A DNA stretch of 64,000 nt, taken from positions 1 to 64,000 of IMG/VR virus record IMGVR_UViG_3300027973_002292. The stretch is one strand, 5' to 3'. This document shows positions 17,684 through 29,978 of this stretch, piece after piece. The DNA is from a virus. The stretch's first letter is position 1, and every line of letters begins with the position of its first letter. A program made the translations under genes and the position numbers. The notes beneath the pieces were generated by a model. The model was not told the DNA's origin. It made no database searches and saw only the letters and a program-made list of their open reading frames with translations.

Positions 17684-20600
17684 ATGGCTATAACAAGGTA
17701 TGCGGGAGATAGATTTTATGGTTTAGACGCAGAAAAAAACTCTCTGTTATCTAAGGTCATTGATGGAGCAATATATAATGCTTCAGATAGTCTATTTCAA
17801 TATGTCAAGATTAATGGATCTTGGGTATTGTCGTCTGGAGGATCTGGATCTGGGTCTAGCGGATCGTCTGGTTCTAGAGGATCTAGTGGTTCGTCTGGTA
17901 GTAGTGGGTCATCTGGCTCTAGCGGATCTAGTGGGTCATCTGGGTCTAGCGGTTCATCTGGGTCTAGCGGTTCATCTGGGTCTAGTGGGTCATCTGGGTC
18001 TAGCGGTTCATCTGGGTCTAGCGGTTCATCTGGCTCTAGTGGGTCATCTGGGTCTAGCGGATCATCTGGGTCTAGCGGTTCATCTGGCTCTAGTGGGTCA
18101 TCTGGGTCTAGCGGATCTAGTGGGTCATCTGGGTCTAGCGGTTCATCTGGCTCTAGCGGTTCATCTGGGTCATCTGGATCTAGCGGAGCTGCTGGAGGTG
18201 TTAGATATAATTTTTCAAATAGTACTGTAGACTCCGATCCGGGTAGTGGAATCTTAAGATACGATAATGCTTCTCCCGCAGGCATAGATTTCATATTCAT
18301 AGATAACGTTGACCAATTGGGAAATTCTCAAACAGCGTGGTTTGACACTTGGAGTAATGGTATTACGTCGACTGATCACGGCACGATAACTATTTACAGT
18401 AGAGATTCGGGAAATGTAGTTAACCAATTTACGGTCTACAACGTTTACGTCAGTTCCGGATATTATAGGATATACGTTAGCCATATTGCAGGCGCTATAC
18501 CTAGCAATGGGGCATTGTTAGCTGTAAGTTTTTCTAAGACTGGAAATAGTGGATCTAGCGGATCTAGTGGGTCTTCTGGCTCTAGCGGATCATCCGGTTC
18601 TAGCGGATCATCTGGCTCTAGCGGTTCATCTGGGTCATCTGGCTCTAGCGGATCATCTGGGTCATCTGGCTCTAGCGGATCTTCAGGCGCTAATGGAACT
18701 CCAGGAGGACCAGGGTCTAGTGGTTCATCGGGAGTCACTGGATCTGGAGGATCTCCAGGAGGACCAGGGTCATCTGGATCTAGCGGATCTAGTGGGTCTT
18801 CTGGCTCTAGCGGATCATCCGGTTCTAGCGGATCATCCGGTTCTAGCGGATCATCTGGCTCTAGCGGTTCATCTGGGTCATCTGGCTCTAGCGGATCATC
18901 TGGGTCATCTGGCTCTAGCGGATCTAGTGGGTCTTCTGGCTCTAGCGGATCATCCGGTTCTAGCGGATCATCTGGCTCTAGCGGATCATCCGGTTCTAGC
19001 GGATCATCTGGCTCTAGCGGATCTTCAGGCGCTAATGGAGCGACAGGCCCAACTGGTCCAACTGGCCCTACAGGATCAACTGGCGGAACTGGATCTAGCG
19101 GTTCGTCTGGGTCATCTGGAACTAGCGTTGCCGTTTCTGGATCATCAGGTTACCTAGTTAGATTCACAAGCGCTACCACGATAGGAAATTCTTCTGTAGC
19201 TTTTGATAATGGATCCAATATTGGTATAGGTACAACAGTTCCTGCTTATAAATTACATGTTGCGGGACCAGGCTTTATTGGTAGACAAAATAGCTATGGT
19301 GCTTATGATGCCGCTGATGCTGATTTAATAATATCAAATTATAATAGTGATAATACATCAATATTACTTTTTAATAATGCTGGTGCTTACCACTCTAGTT
19401 TAATAAATTACTATAATAATATTCTTTCTTTAGGATTAAATAATAGCAATAGTACCAATTCAATATTAACATCAACCGCTATAAACATTACCTCTACTGG
19501 TGTTGGTATAGGTACAAGTAGTCCTGCTGCAATATTACAAGTTGAAAATTCTGGAAGAATACTTGGGGTTTTAAGATTGCAAATAACACCACAAACTACA
19601 TTCTATGACCATACATTTGCAATTGGCACCGATGGAGGAGGCGCTCAAGGATTTATTTATACAAGTGGAACTGGCGGTACATTTCCGCTTGATACATATG
19701 GTGAATTAATTTTACAAGCCGGACCAAGAACTGGTTTTAATAATGGTATTAGTTTGGTTACTGGAACAACATCTCCGAGTGTTAAACTAAGAATTGCAGA
19801 AGGTGGTAATGTTGGTATAGGAACAACAAGTCCATCTACCAATCTTCATATCGGCGCGACAGCCGCAAGTGGAGGAGCCGGTGGCACTCTAGGAGTATTT
19901 TTAAGTCGTGGAGTAACAACAAACTTTTTTGAAGCATTTGATGGTACTAAATCATTTATAGCTGGCGTAGATAATACTCAAGGTTTTGCCAAAGTTGGAA
20001 CATTATCAAATCATCCAGTTTCAATTACCCAAAATAATGGTAGTGCAATATATATCGATACTAGTAAATACATAGGAATAGGAACAACTAGCCCATCGAC
20101 TTACTCTTCTCAATTAGCAATAGAAACATCTCAGACAAGAGCAATAATGGCATTCAATACTGCATTAGCTGATGCAGGAACACTGTATGGGTTGGGCTTC
20201 GGTTATGCAATGAGCAATTACAACAGTGCTTATATAAGTTTTTATAAAGCTGGTGTTAGTAGCACTTCTAATCGTTTATCTTTTAGCTTATGGAATAAAG
20301 ATGACATCTTAAATATAAATGGTGCCGGGAATGTTGGCGTAGGAGTGACTGTTCCTTCAAGCAAATTTCATGTAAATTCAACAACAGCAGGAGAAACGAT
20401 AATTAGAGCAGATGGCACAAATGGGACATTGTTTTCTGTAGTCGATGATTTGAGCGACTCTTTGATGTCAGTAAATAACTCAGCGGGGCTTCCTGTGATG
20501 GAAGTTTTTGCAGACGATAGAGTAGTGATGGGGCAATATGGCAGCGGAGATTTTGTATTAAAAAACAACAAGGTAGGAATTGGCCAAAGCAATCCTTTAT

Positions 20601-23600
20601 ATACTCTTGATGTTTCTGGAACTATTAGATTTACTGGGATCTCTCCGAGCTCTAGCACCAATTGCTTAGTAATAGACTCGGATGGGGCCGTAAAGACAAA
20701 AATAAACGCTGCAAGTTCTGGATCTTCTGGCTCTAGCGGTTCATCTGGCTCTAGCGGATCTTCAGGCGCTAATGGAACTCCAGGAGGACCAGGGTCATCT
20801 GGATCTAGCGGTTCATCTGGCTCTAGCGGTTCATCTGGCTCTAGCGGATCTTCAGGCGCTAATGGAACTCCAGGAGGACCAGGGTCATCTGGATCTAGCG
20901 GTTCATCTGGCTCTAGCGGATCTTCAGGCGCTAATGGAACTCCAGGAGGACCAGGGTCATCTGGATCTAGCGGTTCATCTGGATCTAGCGGTTCATCTGG
21001 CTCTAGCGGATCTTCAGGCGCTAATGGAACTCCAGGAGGACCAGGGTCATCTGGATCTAGCGGTTCATCTGGCACTAGTGGATCTTCTGGTTCCTCAGGC
21101 ACAAGCGTAGCAGTTTCTGGATCATCAGGTTACCTAGTCAGATTCACAAGTGCTACCACAATAGGAAATTCTTCTGTAGCCTTCGACAATGGGTCTAACA
21201 TTGGAATAGGAACAGTAACTCCTACTGCTAAATTGCATGTATACAATGGATCATCTCATTTTGAAGCAACAAGCACTGGTGCTGCCGTAATATCTTCTGG
21301 ACTATACGCATTACAAATTGGGCCGCTTCACGACAGACTTGCAACGGCAGGAACATACTATGGAGGCATAGCGTTTAATCATTTATTAAATTTTGTAGGA
21401 GCGACGACTTGGAACGTCGCACCTCAAGCTTGGATAGGAACTAGACTACAAGACACTGCGGGTTCAGAAAGAGACTATCTAGTATTCGCAACAAAACCAG
21501 GCACTGGTACTTCAGGAGCAGGTAATGATATTCCAATAGAAAGAATGTGTATTGATTATAATGGTGCTGTTGGCATAGGCACAACAACTCCTGGTTATAA
21601 ATTAGATGTAAATGGAAATAGCGCTTTCAGAGATACTGTTAATTTTGGCCCAAGTGTAGGAATAATTTCATGGGGTTCTATGGGTGGTGGAACTGGATTT
21701 GGAATTAGAGGAGAGAGCGGAAGAGGATTTAGTTTGGGAGCTAATGGAAGTTGGGATTATTTAGTTATAAATACAGCGGGCAACGTAGGCATAGGTCAAA
21801 CAAGCCCAGCTAGATTGCTAGAAGTAAAAGGCACCACTACTCCTCCTTTAAGATTAAATACTACTATTGGAAATTGTGCGATTGAATTTTTGACCTCTTC
21901 TAGCACTTATAGTTGGTTAGTCGGAGCTCAATACACTGCGAGTAATTTATTTGAAATTACACCTTCGACAGCGGCTGCTGGGACAACATTTAGCACTCCT
22001 GCCTTAGCAATAAAATCAGATGGAAACGTAGGAATAGGAACAATTACTGCGTCAGCAAAACTTCACTTAAGTTCTACGGTAGCTGGCGCAACATTAGTCA
22101 GAGCAGACGGGACAAACGGGACACTCTTTTCTGTAGTTGATGATTTATCAGATTCTTTAATGTCTGTAAATAATAGCGCAGGATTGCCAGTAGTGGAAGT
22201 CTTCGCTGACGACAGAGTTGTAATGGGTCAGTATGGTAGCGGAGATTTTGTTCTTAAGAATAATAAAGTTGGAATCGGCCAAAGTAATCCTCTCTATACT
22301 TTAGATGTTTCTGGTACAATTCGTTTTACTGGTATAGCAGCTAGCGCAAGCACTAACTGTTTAGTGATAGATGGAGATGGAGCCGTAAAGACAAAAGTTA
22401 ATGCGGCAAGCTCTGGCTCATCTGGGACTAGCGGAACCAGCGGGACTAGTGGATCTTCAGGCGCTAACGGAGCGACAGGTCCAACTGGTCCGACTGGCCC
22501 TACAGGATCAACTGGCGGAACTGGATCTAGCGGATCTTCAGGCGCTAATGGAGGAACAGGCCCAACTGGTCCAACTGGTCCAACTGGCCCTACGGGATCA
22601 ACTGGCGGGACTGGATCTAGCGGTTCATCTGGAACTAGCGTAGCAGTTTCTGGATCATCAGGTTATTTAGTTCGCTTTACCGGAGCAACAACTATAGGCA
22701 ACTCATCAGTTGCTTATGATAACGGAACTAATATAGGTATAGGGACTGTAAGCCCTAAACAATTACTACATATAAACGGCAATATATTATTAGATGGTCT
22801 TGATAATGGATATACACAAAGCGCTACTAGAGGTATAGGGTATGGATCTGGTAATGGAGCGGTAAGTGTAGATGGATTTTCAGGAATGGATATCCAGAGT
22901 GTAAGCGTTGGCGGAAATTATAGTCAAAATGTAAGATTTTGGGCACATCATTATGCTACAGGTACAGGCGGTACGCCAAGAATGTTTATTCAATATAATG
23001 GAAATGTTGGTATAGGCACAGTAACTCCTGCTGAAAAATTAGATGTATCAGGATCGATCATCGCAAATAGTATAGCATCTACAGATTATACAAGACAACT
23101 ATTCCCAAGTGGAGGTTATTTTTATGCAGGTGGCGCTCAAACAGGTGCAATAAAAATTAAATTGCCAGCAAATACCAAGTCGACATTTCCGATGTTGAGT
23201 TTCACATGTCATATTTACAATTATTCAACAGGAACATCAAGAACGTTTAAAATTGGCGGTCATTTTTCAACCGCAAGTTGGTATAATCAATTCGCATATT
23301 GTCTAACTGAAAGTGGTACTAATTTAAATGTAAGATGGGGATTTGAAGGAACATCTATTTGCGTATGGATTGGCGAAACTAATAGTGGTTGGTCGTATCC
23401 TAATGTATTTATCACAGATTTTCAAAATGGATATGGTTCCATAAGTAATATTTGGATGACTGGTTGGACTGTATCATTAGCAACAGCATTTGATACGATT
23501 ACAAATGGTCCAACTGCCGCAGGATATTTTTGGAATCAAAATAATGACGGTGCCGGTTCAGGGTTAGATGCAGATTTGTTAGATGGATATAATTCAGCTA

Positions 23601-23980
23601 CCGCGAATACTGCAAATACAATTGTTTTGAGAGATGCTTCGGGTAATTTTTCAGCAGGAACGATCACTGCATCTGTAGTAGTAGCAGGGACACTAACAGA
23701 ATCTTCTTCTATACGTTACAAAGAAAACATAGAAACAATAACCGAACCAACATTAGATAAATTAAATAATATCCGCCCCGTAACATATAATAAAAAAGAC
23801 AATAAAGACAAAAAAGAATACGGTTTAATTGCAGAAGAGCTATACGAAATATTCCCAGAACTAATTAACAAAAATCAAGACGGCGAAATTGAATCGGTTA
23901 ATTACTCTAGGTTAACTGTGTTATTAATAAAGGCTGTCAAAGAACTAAAAGAAGAAATAGAAATACTAAAGAACAAATAA
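17684..23980 (+). CDS. Long fibre protein with Gly-Ser-Ser collagen-like linkers and C-terminal peptidase S74 intramolecular chaperone
   Basis: (GSS)n and GPT repeats, many GNVGIGTxxP fibre repeats, [20 protein letters not shown]...YGLIAEE...VNYSRL S74 motifs. Confidence 0.85.
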   Translation: MAITRYAGDRFYGLDAEKNSLLSKVIDGAIYNASDSLFQYVKINGSWVLSSGGSGSGSSGSSGSRGSSGSSGSSGSSGSSGSSGSSGSSGSSGSSGSSGSSGSSGSSGSSGSSGSSGSSGSSGSSGSSGSSGSSGSSGSSGSSGSSGSSGSSGSSGSSGSSGSSGSSGAAGGVRYNFSNSTVDSDPGSGILRYDNASPAGIDFIFIDNVDQLGNSQTAWFDTWSNGITSTDHGTITIYSRDSGNVVNQFTVYNVYVSSGYYRIYVSHIAGAIPSNGALLAVSFSKTGNSGSSGSSGSSGSSGSSGSSGSSGSSGSSGSSGSSGSSGSSGSSGSSGANGTPGGPGSSGSSGVTGSGGSPGGPGSSGSSGSSGSSGSSGSSGSSGSSGSSGSSGSSGSSGSSGSSGSSGSSGSSGSSGSSGSSGSSGSSGSSGSSGSSGSSGSSGSSGSSGANGATGPTGPTGPTGSTGGTGSSGSSGSSGTSVAVSGSSGYLVRFTSATTIGNSSVAFDNGSNIGIGTTVPAYKLHVAGPGFIGRQNSYGAYDAADADLIISNYNSDNTSILLFNNAGAYHSSLINYYNNILSLGLNNSNSTNSILTSTAINITSTGVGIGTSSPAAILQVENSGRILGVLRLQITPQTTFYDHTFAIGTDGGGAQGFIYTSGTGGTFPLDTYGELILQAGPRTGFNNGISLVTGTTSPSVKLRIAEGGNVGIGTTSPSTNLHIGATAASGGAGGTLGVFLSRGVTTNFFEAFDGTKSFIAGVDNTQGFAKVGTLSNHPVSITQNNGSAIYIDTSKYIGIGTTSPSTYSSQLAIETSQTRAIMAFNTALADAGTLYGLGFGYAMSNYNSAYISFYKAGVSSTSNRLSFSLWNKDDILNINGAGNVGVGVTVPSSKFHVNSTTAGETIIRADGTNGTLFSVVDDLSDSLMSVNNSAGLPVMEVFADDRVVMGQYGSGDFVLKNNKVGIGQSNPLYTLDVSGTIRFTGISPSSSTNCLVIDSDGAVKTKINAASSGSSGSSGSSGSSGSSGANGTPGGPGSSGSSGSSGSSGSSGSSGSSGANGTPGGPGSSGSSGSSGSSGSSGANGTPGGPGSSGSSGSSGSSGSSGSSGSSGANGTPGGPGSSGSSGSSGTSGSSGSSGTSVAVSGSSGYLVRFTSATTIGNSSVAFDNGSNIGIGTVTPTAKLHVYNGSSHFEATSTGAAVISSGLYALQIGPLHDRLATAGTYYGGIAFNHLLNFVGATTWNVAPQAWIGTRLQDTAGSERDYLVFATKPGTGTSGAGNDIPIERMCIDYNGAVGIGTTTPGYKLDVNGNSAFRDTVNFGPSVGIISWGSMGGGTGFGIRGESGRGFSLGANGSWDYLVINTAGNVGIGQTSPARLLEVKGTTTPPLRLNTTIGNCAIEFLTSSSTYSWLVGAQYTASNLFEITPSTAAAGTTFSTPALAIKSDGNVGIGTITASAKLHLSSTVAGATLVRADGTNGTLFSVVDDLSDSLMSVNNSAGLPVVEVFADDRVVMGQYGSGDFVLKNNKVGIGQSNPLYTLDVSGTIRFTGIAASASTNCLVIDGDGAVKTKVNAASSGSSGTSGTSGTSGSSGANGATGPTGPTGPTGSTGGTGSSGSSGANGGTGPTGPTGPTGPTGSTGGTGSSGSSGTSVAVSGSSGYLVRFTGATTIGNSSVAYDNGTNIGIGTVSPKQLLHINGNILLDGLDNGYTQSATRGIGYGSGNGAVSVDGFSGMDIQSVSVGGNYSQNVRFWAHHYATGTGGTPRMFIQYNGNVGIGTVTPAEKLDVSGSIIANSIASTDYTRQLFPSGGYFYAGGAQTGAIKIKLPANTKSTFPMLSFTCHIYNYSTGTSRTFKIGGHFSTASWYNQFAYCLTESGTNLNVRWGFEGTSICVWIGETNSGWSYPNVFITDFQNGYGSISNIWMTGWTVSLATAFDTITNGPTAAGYFWNQNNDGAGSGLDADLLDGYNSATANTANTIVLRDASGNFSAGTITASVVVAGTLTESSSIRYKENIETITEPTLDKLNNIRPVTYNKKDNKDKKEYGLIAEELYEIFPELINKNQDGEIESVNYSRLTVLLIKAVKELKEEIEILKNK
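17841..18186 (+). repeat. (Gly-Ser-Ser)n coding minisatellite, block 1
   Basis: Degenerate 9/18-bp GGNTCATCT/GGNTCTAGC units. Confidence 0.95.
18543..19120 (+). repeat. (Gly-Ser-Ser)n/(Gly-X-Y) coding minisatellite, block 2
   Basis: Same units plus GANGTPGGP and GPT inserts. Confidence 0.95.
20713..21100 (+). repeat. (Gly-Ser-Ser)n block 3 with four GANGTPGGP units
   Basis: Repeated GGATCTTCAGGCGCTAATGGAACTCCAGGAGGACCAGGGTCATCT. Confidence 0.95.
22408..22635 (+). repeat. Gly-X-Y collagen-like block 4
   Basis: GSS, GTS and GPT triplets. Confidence 0.9.
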
Positions 23981-23986
23981 AAATTT

Positions 23987-26900
23987 ATGGCAAGTTTACA
24001 AGGAACAACGGTTAATAATTACCTACGAACATTAGAGCAAGTAAGAGCTATGGGCTGGTATGGAACTCCTACAGGAACTTCTTATACTGCCCTTGGAGCA
24101 GAACTTGGCGTCTCTGGCGGCGAAGCATATTTGCTTTGCTACAATAGAGATACTAGCGCATATGGCGTATTAAATATAGCTGGCAGCGCGTCTAACTTAA
24201 GAATATCTGGATCGGTTTTTAATTTACAAACAGGCTCTTTACAGCAAGCAGGCAACCAAGTCCTCCACGCTGGTAACGTCGCGACTTACGCCCTGCCGAT
24301 AGGTGGAGGGACGTTGACTGGCGCTCTTAACGGAACCTCTGCGGCGTTTAGCGGAGCTGTTTCAGGAGCTTCATTGAGCATCTCAGGCGCAAGTTCTTTA
24401 AACAGGATAAATTTAAATTCAGCGACAAACGCCATTATACAGTACAGATCCCCAGGTCAAGGAACATCAACTCTAAACTTCCCTTTTTATAATAATGTAA
24501 GTAATGGGTCTATCTGTATAGAAATGGCAGATAACGACACTGGTGGACTAATGATCGACAATGAAGGTGTCACTGTTTATGGAGCTGGGGATATAGGAGA
24601 GGTTTTTAGAGTTATAGATGAAGATGTCTATCAATCGAATAGTAATATAACATTATCAAGAACATTCTGGATAAATCAAGGTCTAAACGGAGGAGGTGGA
24701 ATACTTGGGGCCTTTACAATATCCGGCAACACAGCCATTCACGCTGGTAACGTCGCAACGTATGCCCTTCCGATTGGAGGAGGAACACTCACTGGCGGAC
24801 TTAGCGGAACTACAGGTTCTTTTTCAGGTGATTTATCTATCGCAGGATATTATCAAATAAGAGGTGGTGACCCTACGATTACATTTAGAGACACAAATAA
24901 CAGAACGGCGTATATACATGTTAATAACGATATTTTTTATGTGTTAAGTGGCCCAGCGGATTCTGCTTTCGGTAATTGGGGTACAGTTGCTAATGGCAGA
25001 TGGCCTATGGAGCTTAATATATCAAATAATAATGCTACTTTTGGCGCAGACGTAAATGCAATTAGTTTTACTGGAGCAGGAACAGGTTTAACAGGAACCG
25101 CATCTAGTTTAAGTATCGGAGGTAATTCTGCTAATGTTAATATTTCTAATTTAGCCACACAACAAGTAAGTATATCTTTAGCTGCTGGTTCTTGGTACAC
25201 AATCGCCGCCAATGATAGCAATAGAGCTTCTGCAAAATTCACTATTACAGACACATCAAGCGGCTTACATCAAGCTATACATTTTTATGCTACCGCTCAT
25301 TACGGAACTGATTCAGGGGCAAAAATATCAGTAATAAGTAATACTTACTATGGTGGCCCTCCTGTTAGTGCAATAAAAATAATGAAAGGAAGCACCTATG
25401 ATGGAGCTATGGTTCAAATATATGCTATGAGCGCATGCGCTTTAACTGTTTCTATATATGATAATCAACAATCTAGCGGATGGGTAATTAAGAGCGGTGT
25501 GGTGTCTACTACAAATCCTGGAACTGTAGCGGCTTTTGCTTCTTTGACTACGATAGCGGCGGCGGTTGATTTAAGTGCCGCAAAATCATTTAGTGTGTCT
25601 GATGAAATTTATATTGGTGGAGCAACAACTCAGTATAAAGCTTTACATACTAATAACTACAACTCATATGCACTGCCGCTGTCGGGTGGAGCTATCACCG
25701 GGAACAGCACTTTCTCGGCGGATAACTATCTCACCTTTGGACCCAATTCATCCTGGAGTCGGTATCTACGCATCGGTGGAAATGGGTACACCGCTCCTGT
25801 GACTACAACCGCATCAGTTGTTACTACAAACGGCAACCTTCATTTGGATGCAGCCAAGGCAGCGGGTATGGCAATATACCTTAACTGGTATGGTGGTGCT
25901 GGTGGAACAATTTTTGGAAATGGATCTGGAACACAAGTAGGTGCGGTAGATAGTGCGGGTAACACTTCGTTCATTGGAACTCTGGCTATCACTGGCGCAA
26001 TCACTGGCGCTAGCTTTTCGGGTGCTGGTACAGGCCTCACTGGTACTGCTGCTAGTTTAACTGCGGGAGCTGTCCCGTGGTCAGGCATTACCAGCAAACC
26101 GACTACTCTAGCTGGGTTTGGTATCACCGATGCAGCAGCAATAAATGGTGCAAGTAATCAGACTTTTAGTGCCAGTGCAATTTATCAATACGAGTGGCTA
26201 AGAATTATGACGGATGCAGGTATTTACTGGCAATCTGGAACATATGCTGGTTGGCACATATATCCTCAAGCTGCCTGGGGGATGAGTTTAAGATCTGCAA
26301 GCACTGATTGTGGATTACAGCTTAGAAGAAGTGATAACACGCTTCTAGGCAGTCTGTATTCAGACGGAACAAGTATAGGGTTTTTAAACGCTTCAAATGG
26401 ATGGGGAGCTTCTTTTACAATTGCAGGAGCAATGAACAGAGGTTCTGTTCCCGGTTCATTGGTTACGGGTAATATATCTGGCAACGCAGGTTCGGCCACA
26501 AACGTCTCATGGTCGGGTATCACCAGCAAACCAACTACGTTGTCTGGATTTGGAATCACCGACGCCCTGCCATTGGCTGGGGGGGCGTTGACCGGAACTG
26601 TGTCTATTGATACCTCCGGTACAGGGGTTAACAGTACGGTGGCCATAAAGCGGAGCGGTCAAGGTGTTGTTAACTTTGGATCGTATGCTGGATCTTGGAG
26701 ATCCGCGTTGCAGATTCAAAGTAACGCTAACGACAGGATGCTGTTCTTTGTCCCTCCTGAGGCTGATTACCAGTACGGCGTAATTCGATCCATTAACGGA
26801 GGGTTGAAAATTGATGTCGGAGGAACAACAGGAAACGGCGGGGGTAACGCGATAAGCATTGAAACTTCTGGTGCTGTCTCGATGCCAGGGACGTTGAACG

Positions 26901-28636
26901 TGGTTGGCGCGGTTACGCAGAACGGCAACCAAGTCCTCCACGCTGGTAACTACATCGGTTCCTACATTGCCAATGAAACCAGTTACACGACTGCAATCAA
27001 CGCAAGTGGGTATACTTGGATTCGCATACCTTACGCTAGTGGGTACTCATTTAATGATGGGCAGAGTCCAGTTGAGTTTTACGTAACACGCAGTATTTTT
27101 GCTAACGGCAGCACCCCATACGGTGGACCGACAGCAAAGTTCATCATCCAGAGCAATGAGTGGCACAACGGTCAACAGATGGGGACAGTCCAGTATGGTG
27201 AGCGCGGAGACAGCGCAAGCTTAGGTGCAGCGAACTGGATAACGCATGCTAAGGTAACAAACTTGGCTGGAGGCGGGTACTGGATGTACCTGCGGCTCAA
27301 AACAGGCACAGCAGCCGGTGTTACATACTACATCCGAAGGTCCGCAGTCGGCGGTCAGGGACTTAACGCCTCTGAAATTGAAGTAACAACTGACCCCGGT
27401 GGCGCGGCTACACTTTATTACGGGTTCAACCTGATCTCAGCGGGTAATGAGGCGAGGTTTTATCGCGATGGAAATCAGGTGCTAGACGCTGGTAACTACA
27501 CCAGCTACCCAGACGCCACTAAGTTACCATTGGCTGGAGGCACACTCACAGGTTCATTATTTCTTTCGTCAGTGACTGCCGGCACAAGCACAACTTGTTT
27601 AGTTCTAGAGTCTAACGGAGAAGTTAGAACAAAAGTAAACGCTGCAAGCTCTGGCTCGTCTGGTTCATCTGGAGCAAACGGCGGCGCAGGCGGAGCTGGA
27701 CCTCCAGGGCCTCCCGGAGGAGCTGGAGGAACTGGATCTAGCGGATCTAGCGGTTCATCTGGAGCAAACGGCGGCCCAGGAGGACCAGGAGGAACTGGAT
27801 CTAGCGGATCTAGCGGTTCATCTGGAGCAAACGGCGGCCCAGGAGGACCAGGAGGACCAGGAGGAACTGGATCTAGCGGATCTAGCGGTTCATCTGGAGC
27901 AAACGGCGGCCCAGGAGGAGTTGGGCCTCCCGGGCCTCCCGGGTCTCCCGGGAGTGGAACCTCTGGTTCTTCTGGCTCAAGCACAGCAAGTGCATTAGTT
28001 GCAGCAAATAGTTATACAGTCGCGGAATTAAACGTCTCGACTTCGGCTTATCCTTCGCTATATGTAACATCTACTGGAGGCGCGGCATCAATAAGGCTTT
28101 TAGCGTATTCAAGTTCAAATTATATACAATCAGCGACTTCCGCAGGCTCTGGTAGTGCTGACCTGATTTTTAGTAGTGGAGGAGCCGCTAGTGAGTGGAT
28201 GCGTATACTAGGAACTAACGGTAACATTGGCATAAAAACTGCAAGCCCTGGGTATCATTTAGATGTAAATGGAAACGTCCACGCAGTATCTCATCCAACC
28301 TCTTCAGATGTTAGATTTAAAAAGAATATTAAGCCAATAGAAAATGCTCTTTCTAAAGTACTAAAATTAAGAGGAGTAAAATACGAATGGAATGAATTCA
28401 TAAACAACACAAGAGACGGATACGATTTAAATTCTCCTATCATTGGGTTCATTGCTCAAGAATTGGAACTCATCGTGCCCGAATTGGTCTCTAAATGGAA
28501 ACTTAACGAAGACTGCCAAGACGCAAGAGCTGTAGATTACCCAAGAGTTGTTGTCTTATTAACAGAAGCTATAAAAGAACAGCAAGCACAAATAAATGAC
28601 TTAAAAACAAGAATTTCTATTTTAGAAAATAAATAA
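23987..28636 (+). CDS. Second long fibre protein with collagen-like segment and C-terminal S74 chaperone
   Basis: Repeats GNQVLHAGN..ALPIGGGTLTG and WSGITSKPTTLxGFGITDA; GPP/GSS segment at 27645-27980; SDVRFKKNI...IGFIAQE...VDY S74 motifs. Confidence 0.85.
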   Translation: MASLQGTTVNNYLRTLEQVRAMGWYGTPTGTSYTALGAELGVSGGEAYLLCYNRDTSAYGVLNIAGSASNLRISGSVFNLQTGSLQQAGNQVLHAGNVATYALPIGGGTLTGALNGTSAAFSGAVSGASLSISGASSLNRINLNSATNAIIQYRSPGQGTSTLNFPFYNNVSNGSICIEMADNDTGGLMIDNEGVTVYGAGDIGEVFRVIDEDVYQSNSNITLSRTFWINQGLNGGGGILGAFTISGNTAIHAGNVATYALPIGGGTLTGGLSGTTGSFSGDLSIAGYYQIRGGDPTITFRDTNNRTAYIHVNNDIFYVLSGPADSAFGNWGTVANGRWPMELNISNNNATFGADVNAISFTGAGTGLTGTASSLSIGGNSANVNISNLATQQVSISLAAGSWYTIAANDSNRASAKFTITDTSSGLHQAIHFYATAHYGTDSGAKISVISNTYYGGPPVSAIKIMKGSTYDGAMVQIYAMSACALTVSIYDNQQSSGWVIKSGVVSTTNPGTVAAFASLTTIAAAVDLSAAKSFSVSDEIYIGGATTQYKALHTNNYNSYALPLSGGAITGNSTFSADNYLTFGPNSSWSRYLRIGGNGYTAPVTTTASVVTTNGNLHLDAAKAAGMAIYLNWYGGAGGTIFGNGSGTQVGAVDSAGNTSFIGTLAITGAITGASFSGAGTGLTGTAASLTAGAVPWSGITSKPTTLAGFGITDAAAINGASNQTFSASAIYQYEWLRIMTDAGIYWQSGTYAGWHIYPQAAWGMSLRSASTDCGLQLRRSDNTLLGSLYSDGTSIGFLNASNGWGASFTIAGAMNRGSVPGSLVTGNISGNAGSATNVSWSGITSKPTTLSGFGITDALPLAGGALTGTVSIDTSGTGVNSTVAIKRSGQGVVNFGSYAGSWRSALQIQSNANDRMLFFVPPEADYQYGVIRSINGGLKIDVGGTTGNGGGNAISIETSGAVSMPGTLNVVGAVTQNGNQVLHAGNYIGSYIANETSYTTAINASGYTWIRIPYASGYSFNDGQSPVEFYVTRSIFANGSTPYGGPTAKFIIQSNEWHNGQQMGTVQYGERGDSASLGAANWITHAKVTNLAGGGYWMYLRLKTGTAAGVTYYIRRSAVGGQGLNASEIEVTTDPGGAATLYYGFNLISAGNEARFYRDGNQVLDAGNYTSYPDATKLPLAGGTLTGSLFLSSVTAGTSTTCLVLESNGEVRTKVNAASSGSSGSSGANGGAGGAGPPGPPGGAGGTGSSGSSGSSGANGGPGGPGGTGSSGSSGSSGANGGPGGPGGPGGTGSSGSSGSSGANGGPGGVGPPGPPGSPGSGTSGSSGSSTASALVAANSYTVAELNVSTSAYPSLYVTSTGGAASIRLLAYSSSNYIQSATSAGSGSADLIFSSGGAASEWMRILGTNGNIGIKTASPGYHLDVNGNVHAVSHPTSSDVRFKKNIKPIENALSKVLKLRGVKYEWNEFINNTRDGYDLNSPIIGFIAQELELIVPELVSKWKLNEDCQDARAVDYPRVVVLLTEAIKEQQAQINDLKTRISILENK

Positions 28637-28707
28637 AAAAATCTCTATAATAAAAAAACAAACGCTCAATTAATGACACCCGTATTGTGAGATTTGAGTT
28701 TTTTAAA

Positions 28708-28714
28708 GTGTAAA
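28708..28714 (+). promoter_or_regulatory. GTGTAAA putative phage late promoter
   Basis: Recurrent motif; ATG at 28722. Confidence 0.55.
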
Positions 28715-28721
28715 GATATGT

Positions 28722-29975
28722 ATGTCCGTTCAGCATGCCAACCGAGGAGTAGTAAAAAAAGATTTACAGTTATATTATAACCGTGAATTTCCTAAAAGCT
28801 TTAGAGGACAAGCTACTACAAATATTGCATATGCTACCAACAGTTTTTTAAATTCAAATGGTAATTGGTGGGTGAATTCTGGAAATACTGTTTTTAATGA
28901 TAATGATACAACTATTGATAAACCAGTAATATTAAATGTAGATACTTCAAATTTAAGAATATTTAGTTCAACTGTTACGGTAGTTGGAAATCAACAATTA
29001 GGTTCATCAATTATTCCCATTTCAGGAAGCACTCAATATTCGATGTCTATTTATTATTGGTTTAGTGGAGGGTCCATGCAAGTACCGCCTTATGTAAGAA
29101 CGAATATTAACAATAATGACTTGGCGTATTTTGGATATAATGGAGATACAAATTATTTAAATTGGCCGAGAAGAACTTGGATACGATTAACTGCAACATT
29201 TACTACTCAAGCTAATGAAACAGGAGTGTATATGAGTAGTTATACAGGTGATACTGCTGGTGAAAAACTTGCGTATTTTGGTTATCAAATTGAACAAAAA
29301 GCTTATGTTACTCCATTAGTTTTAGGAAGTAGAACAGCTAATACTGTTGCTGGTGGTGGTGGTTTGTTGGATATGAGTGGAAATAATGTTAATGTAAGTT
29401 TATCAAATGTTGCATTTGATTCTGGTGGTTATTATTTTACTACAGCGGGGAGCAATTATATAAATACAGGAATAACAACATTACCAAGTAATACTCAATT
29501 AACAATTGATGTGTGGACAAAACCTACAAGTACGTCGCAAACTAAAACTTTAGTATCTAAATGGGGGTCTGGTAGTCAGTCAAATTTTTGTTTTTTATTA
29601 TTTTTAAATTGGTTTGCTCAAGGAAATATTTATTTTCTGGTGGGGAATTCTGCTGGAACTAATTATAGCCTACATTCTATCGCTCATAATTTATCTACAT
29701 CTGTTTATATCAATTATACAGTAGTATACGATAACGGATATGTTTCTTGGTATAGAAATGGAGTTTTTATTCAAACTGATACTAATGGCAGTCCGTTATT
29801 AAAATCAGTTACAACTGCTATTACAATAGGCGCAGATTTTGATGGAGGAAATCCAGATACATTGACGAGAAGTTATGATGGAACAATTCCAAATGTAAGA
29901 TTGTATAGTAGACCATTAACTGCCGCAGAAGTATTGCAAAATTTCAATGCAACCCGTACAACTTATGGATTATAA
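28722..29975 (+). CDS. LamG/concanavalin-like virion protein with carbohydrate-binding-like insert
   Basis: LTIDVWTKP, YRNG, VRLYSRPLTAAEVLQNFNATRTTYGL. Confidence 0.8.
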   Translation: MSVQHANRGVVKKDLQLYYNREFPKSFRGQATTNIAYATNSFLNSNGNWWVNSGNTVFNDNDTTIDKPVILNVDTSNLRIFSSTVTVVGNQQLGSSIIPISGSTQYSMSIYYWFSGGSMQVPPYVRTNINNNDLAYFGYNGDTNYLNWPRRTWIRLTATFTTQANETGVYMSSYTGDTAGEKLAYFGYQIEQKAYVTPLVLGSRTANTVAGGGGLLDMSGNNVNVSLSNVAFDSGGYYFTTAGSNYINTGITTLPSNTQLTIDVWTKPTSTSQTKTLVSKWGSGSQSNFCFLLFLNWFAQGNIYFLVGNSAGTNYSLHSIAHNLSTSVYINYTVVYDNGYVSWYRNGVFIQTDTNGSPLLKSVTTAITIGADFDGGNPDTLTRSYDGTIPNVRLYSRPLTAAEVLQNFNATRTTYGL

Positions 29976-29978
29976 AAT

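Noticed and set aside
17760-27984. Alternate-frame and antisense ORFs with DDP/LEP or HLALAD repeats
   Set aside because: They are shadows of the (Gly-Ser-Ser)n coding repeats, which lack stops in other frames
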